Positions 50,789 through 59,310 of a DNA stretch of 63,693 nucleotides are shown one piece after another (the stretch's first letter is position 1; each line of letters begins with the position of its first letter). Source of the stretch: a virus. The notes under the pieces were generated by a model. It was not told the origin of the DNA. It did no database searches and was given only the letters and a program-made list of their open reading frames with translations. The translations under genes were made by a program, and so were the position numbers. The DNA is taken from positions 1 through 63,693 of IMG/VR virus record IMGVR_UViG_3300018954_000002. One strand, given 5' to 3'.

Positions 50789-51424
50789 TTACGCCGACGA
50801 GTCGCCCCGTGTCTCCACGTCCCGCTCGTCCTGCATCTTTCCTCGCTGGTCCTGTGCGCGCCCGCGGACGTCCTGCGCTTGGGCTCGCTCGTGATCCTCC
50901 CCGAGCGCGAGCCGCACCGCACGGGCGATCCGCTGCTCGAAGTCGCCGTTCACCGCCTGCGCGGCCGAGGTGGCGGCGTCGGCGGCACGGTGCGCTTCCT
51001 GCTGACCGTAGAGAGCAAGCTTCCGGCTCTCCTTCGCCTCGGCCACGACCGCCTGCCGGGTCTCAAGGGTCCGCCGGGCATGGAGCATCGCAACGGTGAG
51101 GGTGCACAGCACGCCGATCGCACCGGTCGCGTTCAGGAAGAGATTGATCAGGCGAAAGAACGAGTCGGTCGGTGTGCCGGTGATCGCGAGAACGACGAAG
51201 ACGGCGAGGAATCCGACGAGGATCACCGTGCCGCAGACGATCGCGACGGCCGGGGCCGCCTTCACCCACTCGCCCTTGCCGGGCAGCTTCTGCACCCCCG
51301 CGTCGAACTTGTCGCCCGATCCCTTGCCCTGACCCTGGAGGGTGCGCAGCGCGGCGATCGTCTCGGCGAGTTCGCGCCGCTCCCGGTCCGCGTCACCGAT
51401 CAGGTCGCCGCCGTCCGACATCAT
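50789..51424 (-). CDS. Membrane protein of the lysis cassette (211 aa, 2 TM helices plus a charged tail)
   Basis: Directly downstream of the holin-like gene. Confidence 0.55.
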   Translation of the reverse strand: MMSDGGDLIGDADRERRELAETIAALRTLQGQGKGSGDKFDAGVQKLPGKGEWVKAAPAVAIVCGTVILVGFLAVFVVLAITGTPTDSFFRLINLFLNATGAIGVLCTLTVAMLHARRTLETRQAVVAEAKESRKLALYGQQEAHRAADAATSAAQAVNGDFEQRIARAVRLALGEDHERAQAQDVRGRAQDQRGKMQDERDVETRGDSSA

Positions 51425-51765
51425 GCAGGGCCCCCGTCCACTCGCTCGATCAGGTCGTTGGCTGCCTTCAGGTCCGAGCGGAAGAACAGGATGGCCGCCC
51501 ACGTCCCTACGGCCTGAATGACGTGCCACCACACCGCCACCCATCCGACAGCGGGATGCCGGTCGTGCCCGGAGAGTACGTCCCACACCATGTCCGAGTG
51601 CGAACCGGTGCAGCCGACGAAGAACACCGCCATGGCGACCATGGTTCGCCTCGACACTTCGAGATACGGCACGAGCAGCACCGGCACGAACAGGTAGCCG
51701 AGGGCAAGAACCACGTTCGCCACGACGTACAGCTGCGCGGCGAGTCCGTACTCCAGGCCCGTCAC
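51421..51765 (-). CDS. Holin-like polytopic membrane protein (114 aa)
   Basis: GTGA overlap with the endolysin stop. Three or four hydrophobic helices. Confidence 0.55.
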   Translation of the reverse strand: MTGLEYGLAAQLYVVANVVLALGYLFVPVLLVPYLEVSRRTMVAMAVFFVGCTGSHSDMVWDVLSGHDRHPAVGWVAVWWHVIQAVGTWAAILFFRSDLKAANDLIERVDGGPA

Positions 51766-53327
51766 CGGCCGGCTGCCAACCGGGCGCCGACCTCCGCGGC
51801 CCGCGCGCCGAGTGCGACCCGGAGCAACTCCGCGATCTCGTCGGCGTCCGCACCGCCCGCGGCCAGACCGGCGAGCACGTCGCGTGCCGCTTGGCTCACC
51901 TGCCGGTCGATGTGCGCCTTGATCTGCGCGAGCTCCTCGGCGTCCGGGACGTCGCGCTGCAACATCGCCATGACCGACTCCATCGTCGCCCGCAGGTTCG
52001 CGCGCATCTCCAGCAGGACCGAGTACGTGGTGTCCGGGCTGCCGACCGCGCCGACTCTCTGGTGCCACGGCGCGACCCGCAGGGCGCTCGCCTGCGGGGT
52101 CGCGACGCCGGGCGCGAGCCGCGCGGACCACCAGGCGTCCATGCGGGCGTTGAAATCGGCCTGCGAGATCGTTGCCATGTCGTCCTCCTCGGGTGGCGGC
52201 GCCGGTGTCGGCGCGACGCCCCACGGTCGGGTGTCGTTCTCCTGCTCGGTGGTGTACCGGGCGCTGAAGTGCGCGTGCTTGTCGTGCGGGTTCGCGCCGG
52301 TGTAGGGCCGCCACGCCCATCCCCACGAGCGGGACGCGATCCGGCCGTTACGGATGATGTTCTGCAGTCGCACGTCACGGCCCTCGGCGTGCGCCCGGCG
52401 GATAGCCTCCACCTTCGCATCGAACCATCCGGGCGCCGGCCAGGGCCCCGAGTCGTCGATATCGATCGCGTGGACCTCATTGACGGCATCGGAGTCGGTG
52501 AACGGCGTCTTCCCCGTCTCGTCGGGGTTGTGGTCGGATGAATCCTGCGCGTGCGCAGCGTCGCCGATGCTTCCGTCGCTCGCCTTGTCGCGGGTCGGGC
52601 TGACTCGGTTGAACTCCTCGCGCAGTGCGACCAGGCAGGGCACCAGGACCCAGCTCGGCGTTGGGGGCATCGGGTCACCTCCGGACATCGCAGCCCACAC
52701 CGCGGGGTCGCGGATCAGGGACAAGGAACAGCCTCCCGTACCCGGTAACGGTCGCACACCCCACTGCAGGATGCTGAACGACCGCCATCCGCCCCACCCG
52801 GCCGCCCAAGCGGGTGAATCCGCCGCCGGTTCGGCCTGCACGGGGGTGTTCGGCGGGCCCATCAGGTACGGGGTGAGGCTGGCCCCGCTCCAGCCGCGTG
52901 GCTTCCACCAGTAGTCCGCCGAGTAGATCGCGATCGGACGGCCCAGCGCCTCCTGCATGGTGCCGACGTAGTCGTGCACGTGCGCCCACGTCGGCGGGGC
53001 GATGCCGTTCTTGCCGTCCTCCTCGACGTCGACCACATGACCGAACCGCTCCAGTCGGACGCCGAACAGGTTCCGCAGCCGCGCGAGGTTCGTTTCGGCC
53101 TGCTCGACGCCCGATGTGCGCCCGTCGAGCCAGTGATAGGTGGATCTGCCCATGCCGAGGGCGGTCGCGTACGTCATCTGGTTGGCGAGCCACGACCCGG
53201 CGACGTAGCCGCGGCCCCCGGTGAGCGCGAGGTTCGCGATGCTGTAGCCGACGGACTTCGCCTGCGCGAGATCGAGCGGGTCGGAGCGTTCGACCTGCCA
53301 GCGGCTCACGTCGACCAGTCGGATCAT
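51762..53327 (-). CDS. Endolysin: N-terminal GH25 muramidase plus a central His/Asp-rich putative peptidase domain
   Basis: MIRLVDVSRWQ... (GH25 signature). SDGSIGDAAHAQDSSDHNPD...VHAIDID...HDKHAHF. Confidence 0.8.
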   Translation of the reverse strand: MIRLVDVSRWQVERSDPLDLAQAKSVGYSIANLALTGGRGYVAGSWLANQMTYATALGMGRSTYHWLDGRTSGVEQAETNLARLRNLFGVRLERFGHVVDVEEDGKNGIAPPTWAHVHDYVGTMQEALGRPIAIYSADYWWKPRGWSGASLTPYLMGPPNTPVQAEPAADSPAWAAGWGGWRSFSILQWGVRPLPGTGGCSLSLIRDPAVWAAMSGGDPMPPTPSWVLVPCLVALREEFNRVSPTRDKASDGSIGDAAHAQDSSDHNPDETGKTPFTDSDAVNEVHAIDIDDSGPWPAPGWFDAKVEAIRRAHAEGRDVRLQNIIRNGRIASRSWGWAWRPYTGANPHDKHAHFSARYTTEQENDTRPWGVAPTPAPPPEEDDMATISQADFNARMDAWWSARLAPGVATPQASALRVAPWHQRVGAVGSPDTTYSVLLEMRANLRATMESVMAMLQRDVPDAEELAQIKAHIDRQVSQAARDVLAGLAAGGADADEIAELLRVALGARAAEVGARLAAGR

Positions 53328-53350
53328 GCGCTCAGTGTGCCACGGACGGC

Positions 53351-53388
53351 GAGAGGGCTCCGGGGATCGCCGGTCCCGGAGCCCTCTC
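53351..53388 (-). terminator. Strong hairpin immediately upstream of the endolysin start
   Basis: GAGAGGGCTCCGG ... CCGGAGCCCTCTC (13-bp stem). Confidence 0.55.
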
Positions 53389-53463
53389 TTTCACCGCACG
53401 TCGGGGGCGCGATACCGGCGACCCGCTACGATTCCGGTCGCTCTACCCCTCCGATGCGCTCGA

Positions 53464-53631
53464 TCATAGCGCCTGGACGGCTTTGCGGACCTCTGGCGGC
53501 AGCGAATCGACCTGTTCCGGGGAGAGGACGGCCCATCCGGCGGCGCGCAGCTTCGCGGCCTGCGTCTCTTGCCCGCGACGCACGACCGCCGCGGTGGCGG
53601 CGGTCGTGTTGGGGCGCTTGGGGGCGGGCAT
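53464..53631 (-). CDS. Small protein (55 aa)
   Basis: MPAPKRPNTTAATAAVVRRGQETQAAKLRAAGWAVLSPEQVDSLPPEVRKAVQAL. TGATG coupling to the upstream micro-gene. Confidence 0.45.
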   Translation of the reverse strand: MPAPKRPNTTAATAAVVRRGQETQAAKLRAAGWAVLSPEQVDSLPPEVRKAVQAL

Positions 53632-53765
53632 CAGGACATGCATCCGCACTTTGGAGCAAAGGACGTGTGCTGCGCGGGGGTCTTCTTCTGGCACTCGATG
53701 CCAGCCGGATGGCGGTGCTCGCAGTCTCGGCACTTCCGCGTCAATTTCTGCTTTCCCTGTGTCAT
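53631..53765 (-). CDS. Small Cys-rich protein (44 aa)
   Basis: Not in the ORF track. MTQGKQKLTRKCRDCEHRHPAGIECQKKTPAQHTSFAPKCGCMS. Leaderless start. Confidence 0.45.
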   Translation of the reverse strand: MTQGKQKLTRKCRDCEHRHPAGIECQKKTPAQHTSFAPKCGCMS

Positions 53766-53801
53766 GCCTAAACGATAACACGGTACCGTCTACCGTGTCT
53801 A
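53766..53801 (-). promoter_or_regulatory. Leaderless promoter with an inverted repeat in the spacer
   Basis: On the minus strand: TAGACA (53801-53796), 18 nt, TATCGT (53777-53772), 6 nt, then ATG(53765). Inverted repeat ACACGGTA/TACCGTGT at 53778-53798. Confidence 0.5.
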
Positions 53802-54146
53802 GCCCCTCGGAATGCCGCCGGGAAACCACTCGCGGGACGCCGGCCGCCGCGCGCTGGCACGTGCGCCGCGGGACTGATTGCACAACCGGTCGCACACCGG
53901 GCACGGATTCGGTGGCTCGCCGGGACCCATCGTGCCGTGCGCCGGGCGCAGGTTCGAGAGATCGTCCACACCCGGGATCAGTCGGCCCGCCACGTCGCGC
54001 GGCCACAGCCGGTGCGGGACGATGTGGTCCGCCGTCCGGGCGCCGTGGTGCCCGCAGATGCCGCAGATGTCGTTCGAGGCTAGTAGAAGGGCCCGATTCC
54101 GCCGGTACGGGCGGCTACCGGTGCCGGAGCGCCCCGATCCGGTCAC
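53799..54146 (-). CDS. HNH endonuclease (115 aa)
   Basis: GTGA overlap with the fibre gene stop. CGICGHHGARTADHIVPHRLWP...NLRPAHG...CPVCDRLCN. Confidence 0.7.
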   Translation of the reverse strand: MTGSGRSGTGSRPYRRNRALLLASNDICGICGHHGARTADHIVPHRLWPRDVAGRLIPGVDDLSNLRPAHGTMGPGEPPNPCPVCDRLCNQSRGARASARRPASREWFPGGIPRG

Positions 54147-57100
54147 TCGACCGACGAGTAGCGCAGTGAGCCGGAGGGTTCGGCGTACGCCACCGATGTC
54201 CGGCCCGGCTCGACCGTCGACCGGGCCACGGTCACCGAGTCGGCCACCACGAAGTCGACCACGCCGGTGAGCATCTCGGCCGACGCGAGCAGGGTCACGA
54301 CCGCGGCCAACGCCGCGCCGGTGCTGCGCATCTGCGCTCCGCCCGCGGACAGGGACACCGTGACGGTCAGGACGGTGGAGATGGGGGCGGATCTGCCGGT
54401 CGTGGTCGTGAACGTGGCCGAAATCGCCAGCACGGCACCTGCGGCAGGCCCGCGTGTCGCCGCGGCAGACAGCGAGACGGTGATGGCGAGCGTGGCCGTG
54501 GCCAGCACGGGCGGCGTGTCCGTGGTCGCGTCGGCCGCGAGCACCGCGGTGGCCGCGAGAGACGCGGCGGCGAACAGGGACTCCACGGCGGCGGCGGCCA
54601 CCGTCGCGGTCACCAGCAAGGCGGCCGCCGCGGCGCGTTGCGGCGTGACCGCGGCGGACAGCGTGGCGACGGCGGCGAGCGCGGCACTGGCCACCTGAGC
54701 CAGCGTTGCGGCCGTCGTCAGGGTCGCGGTGACGTTCAGGGCGGCGATCGCAGGCGAATCGCCGAGCACGGCGCCTGCCGAGAGCGCCGCAGTGGCCGAC
54801 AGCGCCGCATCCACCGGAGCGGACCTGCCGCCCGTGGCCGCCAGGGTGGCGGCCACGGCGAGGGACGCCTGCGCGGACAGCGTCCCGACCGCCGCAGCCG
54901 CGAGCGTCGCCGTGGCCGCGAGAGACGCGACGGCCGTCCTCGACACCGGAGCGGTCGCGGACAGCGTGACCGTCACCGGCAGGACGCCGGCCAGCGGGCG
55001 GGAGACGGGCGTGGCGGTCGCCAGGGTGGCCGTGACGGGCAGAACCGCCGCAGCAGACCGGGCGGCCGGCGCCGTGGACGCGAATGTGGCCGTCACCGGC
55101 AGAGCGGCGTCCGCCGTGTCGGTGACGGTGGCCGCAGTGGACAGGGTCGCCGTGACGGCAAGGGCGGGTCCGGCCACCGCGGTCCGGTCGGCGGCTGCCG
55201 AGAAGGTCGCCGTCGCTGCCAGCGCCGCCGAGGACGTGGCGGGGGTGGAGACGTCCGCGGCGGCTTCGAAGGTCGCTTCGACGGCGAGGTCGGTGGCGAA
55301 CGTCATCGGGATCAGGCTGGCACCGGCCGCCAGGGTCGCGGTGACGGCGAGGCTGGCGACGGCCGACTCGACGATCGCCGTGCCGAACGACAGGGGCATC
55401 TGCACCCGTACGATGCCGTCGTCGGTGGTGATTCCCTGGTACGTGACGCTGATTGTGGTGCCGTCGTCGGCGAAGTCGAGCCAGCCGTACGCCCTGAGGA
55501 CCGCCGGGTAGGTGTCGTACGTGCCGAACGAGTAAGTGATGCTGCTCATGTCGAGAGAACCCTGCTGGAACGGGGCGCCGCACGCCTGCGGGATGCCGAC
55601 GGCGCCGGGTGTCGACCCGTCGTCGGCGGCCAGGGCGTGGGTGTCGCCGAAGATCACGAAGACCTTCCCGGCGACGCCGGCCGTGTTGTTGATGAAGTTG
55701 GTCATCTCCTGGAATTCCGTGGCGAACGACGACCAGCGGTCGCCCGACGTGCCGCCCTCGGTGCGCCACGCCATGTTCCCGCAGATGACTTTGAGCGGCT
55801 CGGTCTCCTGCAGCCGCGCCTTGAGCCACGCTTTCTGTTCGACGCCCAACATCGATTTCGACGACGAGTCCGGGTCCAGATAGTTGTTGCGCTGGCTGCG
55901 CGGGTCGATCTGAATGAACCGGACCCGGCCGATCACCCAGGTCTGCCACGCCCCCCGACCGTCGGTGGCCGGCAGGTTGTAGTGCGGAATCACGTTGCGG
56001 TACGCCGCGGCGACGTCGGCGCCCCTGACGTTGTTCTTGTCGCTGCCGTTTCCTCCCCAGTCGTGGTTATCCCACATGTACGTTATGGGGATTTCCGACA
56101 ACATCGGGGCGAACAGCGGTTGATCCAGGGTCTGGAACCACTGGTCGTAGACGCCTTGCAGGGTGTCGCTGGCCCCCCAGTCCTCGTAGTGGATGTCGCC
56201 CATGTGGATCAGGCGCCGAGCCTTGCCGGAGCCGGCCGCGACGCTGCCTGTCTTCTGCCTGATCGCCTCGAACGTATTCGTCGAGAGCACGGTGAACTGA
56301 CACGACCCGAAGGCCACCGAGAAGTTCGCCGCCGTACCGGGCGTGGGGTCGGTGGTGAACGACCCGAACCCCTCGCTGTTGATCGTCCCGTCGGCCTCGA
56401 CGCCGTAGTAGTACAACGTGTTCGGGCTGAGGCCGGTGACGGACAGCTTCGCGAGGCCCTGCGTGCCGGCCGCGACCGCCGTGCCGAACACCGGCGAGGT
56501 CAGCAGGTCCGCCGTGGTGCTCACCTTGAGCCGGGCGGTGCTCGTCAGGCCGGAGAAGGCGTACGTCACCGTGCAGCCGCTCGACGACACGTTGCCGCAC
56601 ACGGGGCCGAGAACCACCTGTGGCGGCGGGTTGCTGGTCTGCCCGTACGGCACCAGCTCGAAGATGAACCACACCGCGGTCGACGAGCTGACCGCGCCGG
56701 AGCCGTTGGTGAGCGAGACCGGCAGCTGCCGAACCAGGCCATTACTGTCGTGGATCGAGGTGGACGGGTTGATGCCCGTCGGGGCGGTTCCGGGCTTCGC
56801 CGCCGCCCTCGTGGTGTATCCGGTGGGCGGATTCCAGGTCGATCCGGACCGGTCGCCGAAACTGACCCCGATCCACGGCAGTGTCGAGCCGGGGGTGATC
56901 GTGGACGTGGTGTGCAGCGCGGTCGACGCGCCGGACTCCCACCCCGAGGCGTACGACCCGACCGGGGTCGTCTCCGAGCACCCGGCGTAGGCCATGGCGG
57001 CGAGCGCCCACTCCACCGCCGATGAGCAGGTGAACGTCAACGCCGTGGCGTCGCCGGTGCGCCAGATGCGCCACAGCCACGCCGCGCGGTGGTCGTTCGG

Positions 57101-57445
57101 CGAGCCGGTGTCCGAGATCGGGCCGACCTGCGTCCACGTGCCCTGATTCGGGGTGATCGTGGCGGCGCTGATACCCCCGGCGTGCGCGTCCACGGTGATC
57201 GCCACCATGACGAGGTCGCCGTCCTGCGGCGCGATGGTCAGCGTGGGGGAGGTGAGCGCCGTGGCGTCGGAGACGGTGGCCGCGGTCCACCCGGCGGGCT
57301 GCCGGACGAAGATGGGCGAGCGGACCGCGACGATCTGCGAGGGCACCGGGTACGGGACGGCCGCCTCGCCGTACCCGAGCGTCGTCCACCGGTTTGACTG
57401 GCCGACGTACGGACTGGCCGCGCCACCGCTCTGGTAGATCGGCAC
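54143..57445 (-). CDS. 1100-aa tail-fibre-like protein with a PhoD-like metallophosphoesterase domain and 18 C-terminal repeats of 20 aa
   Basis: VTGLSPNTLYYYGV (PhoD_N-like), FGSCQ, HMGDIHYEDW, WDNHDWGGN, FGDTHA. The C-terminal 366 aa have a 20-residue period around (L/A)xVTATL. Confidence 0.75.
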   Translation of the reverse strand: MPIYQSGGAASPYVGQSNRWTTLGYGEAAVPYPVPSQIVAVRSPIFVRQPAGWTAATVSDATALTSPTLTIAPQDGDLVMVAITVDAHAGGISAATITPNQGTWTQVGPISDTGSPNDHRAAWLWRIWRTGDATALTFTCSSAVEWALAAMAYAGCSETTPVGSYASGWESGASTALHTTSTITPGSTLPWIGVSFGDRSGSTWNPPTGYTTRAAAKPGTAPTGINPSTSIHDSNGLVRQLPVSLTNGSGAVSSSTAVWFIFELVPYGQTSNPPPQVVLGPVCGNVSSSGCTVTYAFSGLTSTARLKVSTTADLLTSPVFGTAVAAGTQGLAKLSVTGLSPNTLYYYGVEADGTINSEGFGSFTTDPTPGTAANFSVAFGSCQFTVLSTNTFEAIRQKTGSVAAGSGKARRLIHMGDIHYEDWGASDTLQGVYDQWFQTLDQPLFAPMLSEIPITYMWDNHDWGGNGSDKNNVRGADVAAAYRNVIPHYNLPATDGRGAWQTWVIGRVRFIQIDPRSQRNNYLDPDSSSKSMLGVEQKAWLKARLQETEPLKVICGNMAWRTEGGTSGDRWSSFATEFQEMTNFINNTAGVAGKVFVIFGDTHALAADDGSTPGAVGIPQACGAPFQQGSLDMSSITYSFGTYDTYPAVLRAYGWLDFADDGTTISVTYQGITTDDGIVRVQMPLSFGTAIVESAVASLAVTATLAAGASLIPMTFATDLAVEATFEAAADVSTPATSSAALAATATFSAAADRTAVAGPALAVTATLSTAATVTDTADAALPVTATFASTAPAARSAAAVLPVTATLATATPVSRPLAGVLPVTVTLSATAPVSRTAVASLAATATLAAAAVGTLSAQASLAVAATLAATGGRSAPVDAALSATAALSAGAVLGDSPAIAALNVTATLTTAATLAQVASAALAAVATLSAAVTPQRAAAAALLVTATVAAAAVESLFAAASLAATAVLAADATTDTPPVLATATLAITVSLSAAATRGPAAGAVLAISATFTTTTGRSAPISTVLTVTVSLSAGGAQMRSTGAALAAVVTLLASAEMLTGVVDFVVADSVTVARSTVEPGRTSVAYAEPSGSLRYSSVE

Positions 57446-57451
57446 CGGGCG

Positions 57452-57883
57452 CTACTCGTCGTGGATCCAGGAGACTTCGACCGCGGGACCCGTCGCCGCG
57501 CCGAAGTTCCAGAGCAGCAGGCCCGCGGACACGGGTACGACGAGACCCTGCGGGAACGTCCAGATCATGCCGGAGCCGATGACCGCCGGAAGAACGATCT
57601 TCTCCATGTAGACCGTGCCGATCGTTGGCGCCGTGGTGATCGCCGTGTCGACCGCGCAGGTCGACGCCACCGACCGGACGTCCTCAGCCTGAGGGGTCGC
57701 CGAGGTGAACGTCGCGCCGACCGTGGCCGAGCGGATCACGCCCACCGACAGCGCCACGGCGGTCGAGGTGAAGACCTTGATCTCGAAGATGCGGGCGACC
57801 CGGTCGGCGGGGGTGCGGAACTGCGACACGAAAGTACCGGTCGCGGGCGCCGCCTTGGTGACGCCGGTCCTGTACCTCGCCAC
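57452..57883 (-). CDS. Hypothetical (structural?) protein (143 aa)
   Basis: GGAGG RBS before the GTG at 57883. Confidence 0.5.
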   Translation of the reverse strand: MARYRTGVTKAAPATGTFVSQFRTPADRVARIFEIKVFTSTAVALSVGVIRSATVGATFTSATPQAEDVRSVASTCAVDTAITTAPTIGTVYMEKIVLPAVIGSGMIWTFPQGLVVPVSAGLLLWNFGAATGPAVEVSWIHDE

Positions 57884-57884
57884 G

Positions 57885-58235
57885 TCAGCCTCCAGCCCGG
57901 CGCAGGGTCGCCGCCGCCACGTCGAGTTCGGTCGCTGCGTTGCGCTCGGCCAGTTCGGCAACGTGCACAGCGTTCATCAGCACCTCGCCCGAGTCGGACC
58001 CGGGCTCGTCATCCGGTCGACCGGCCCGTTCCCACTCGGCCAGTCGGGCGCGGCAGGCGGACAGGGCGCGGGCGGCGTCGGCGTGACGCACCCTCGCTTC
58101 GAGCACCTCGCGCTGGAGCGGCTCGATCATCTCGGGTGCCCGCAGATCCTCGGTGCCCACCACCGTGCGGGCGGCCGGGCCGCGGCCGAGGGCGGGCCAC
58201 TCCAGGACGGCCTCGGGGCCGTCCGGCCCGGTCAT
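57885..58235 (-). CDS. Hypothetical protein (116 aa)
   Basis: ATGA overlap at 58235. Confidence 0.5.
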   Translation of the reverse strand: MTGPDGPEAVLEWPALGRGPAARTVVGTEDLRAPEMIEPLQREVLEARVRHADAARALSACRARLAEWERAGRPDDEPGSDSGEVLMNAVHVAELAERNAATELDVAAATLRRAGG

Positions 58236-58624
58236 GCCGCCAGCGGCGCGAGAGACACGCTCATCGACGCGAGGGTGAGGGTGTCCCCGGTGTTGACGGT
58301 CTTGGGCGTGGTGAGCTGCACCGAGAAGTAGAACGTACCGGCCGAGCTCGCGCCCCAGTCGGAGATGTCGGTGACAACCTCGCCGTTGGTGCCGGCCCAC
58401 GCCGTCCACGACGGGGTGTTATTGATCGACTTCGAGCCGGCCGACGCGGCGGCCCACGTCGCGGACGGGCGGGTGGTCACCGACGAGACGTTCGCGGTGC
58501 CGTTGGCGCCGGGGTCGCCGGTGTGCAGACCGATGAACGATCCGGCCGGGGTAGTGAAGGCGGTACCGCCGAGCAGGTTCAGCCAGGCGTTGGCCAGGTT
58601 GACCGCAGAGAGACCCCGAGCCAT
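58232..58624 (-). CDS. Putative minor tail / fibre-associated protein (130 aa)
   Basis: LNLLGGTAFTTPAGSFIGLHTGDPGANG...GDTLTLASMSVSL resembles a conserved phage tail-associated family. Confidence 0.45.
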   Translation of the reverse strand: MARGLSAVNLANAWLNLLGGTAFTTPAGSFIGLHTGDPGANGTANVSSVTTRPSATWAAASAGSKSINNTPSWTAWAGTNGEVVTDISDWGASSAGTFYFSVQLTTPKTVNTGDTLTLASMSVSLAPLAA

Positions 58625-58625
58625 G

Positions 58626-59009
58626 TCACTCGCCCTTCACGACGTCGTCGCGTTCCGCGAACGGGTCCTTGATCTTCATGACGTGGTCGAGCATCTTGCG
58701 GCCGGTGCCCGGCGCGTTGGCTACCTGCGGCCCGCAGGTGCCGGTCGGGCATCCGGCGTTCGCGCAGCAGTCGAGGTGGCGATCGGAGCTGGCCCGGTCC
58801 TGCAATTCGCGAAGCAGTCGCGGCCGGTCGGCAACCGGGGCGTTGTCGAGGACCCGGTTGACGATCTCGTCGGAGACCTCGATCTGCAACTCGTCGGGCA
58901 GGTCGGCGCCGCGGGTGCCGGCGATGGAGTGCCGGGGGTGGTCGTCCACGCCGCCGCAGAGGTCGCAGACCTTGAGGACGCGGCCGTTGCCGATGGATCC
59001 TGCTGCCAT
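58626..59009 (-). CDS. Cys-rich hypothetical protein (127 aa)
   Basis: ATG at 59009. CDLCGG ... DCCANAGCPTGTC. Confidence 0.5.
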   Translation of the reverse strand: MAAGSIGNGRVLKVCDLCGGVDDHPRHSIAGTRGADLPDELQIEVSDEIVNRVLDNAPVADRPRLLRELQDRASSDRHLDCCANAGCPTGTCGPQVANAPGTGRKMLDHVMKIKDPFAERDDVVKGE

Positions 59010-59089
59010 CCGGGGGGACCTCGCCGTCTGCGATGCGATGATGCGCCCGATCATCGCATCCTGAGTGCCCCGATGCCAATGCCGGACAG

Positions 59090-59162
59090 CGAACGACCCC
59101 GGACCGGAGTACCTGTCTGCGCGCGATGCGCTCCAAGGCTATGCCGGGTCCGGGGTCGTTCG
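59090..59162. repeat. Long hairpin: 16-bp perfect inverted repeat
   Basis: CGAACGACCCCGGACC (59090-59105) pairs with GGTCCGGGGTCGTTCG (59147-59162). Confidence 0.8.
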
Positions 59163-59211
59163 GGCTTGCGTGCAGGTCACCACCACACGGTGTCGGAGCG
59201 GGTCATCGCGG

Positions 59212-59310
59212 TCACCTCCTCAGGTCGAGCATGCGGTCGACGGCACGCCACGCCTTGACGAACGCGGCGGCCACGGACGCGGCACCGAGCAGAAGCAGGG
59301 CGGGGATCAT
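59212..59310 (-). CDS. Tiny hydrophobic peptide (32 aa)
   Basis: ATGA-coupled. MIPALLLLGAASVAAAFVKAWRAVDRMLDLRR. Confidence 0.35.
   Translation of the reverse strand: MIPALLLLGAASVAAAFVKAWRAVDRMLDLRR

Noticed and set aside
54266-55363. Collagen-like or recent tandem DNA repeat
   Set aside because: There is no Gly-X-Y periodicity. The DNA copies are highly diverged, so the signal is a 20-residue protein-level periodicity rather than a slippage-prone satellite.
53799-55949. 716-aa minus-strand ORF
   Set aside because: Only the last 115 codons, from the GTG at 54146, look like a protein (HNH endonuclease). The rest is an off-frame read of the fibre gene.
54638-57025. 795-aa plus-strand ORF antisense to the fibre-like gene
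   Set aside because: Arg/Gly-rich junk composition. The opposite strand encodes a protein with clear PhoD motifs.
57461-58672. 403-aa plus-strand ORF
   Set aside because: Arg-rich junk, antisense to four compact, translationally coupled minus-strand genes.
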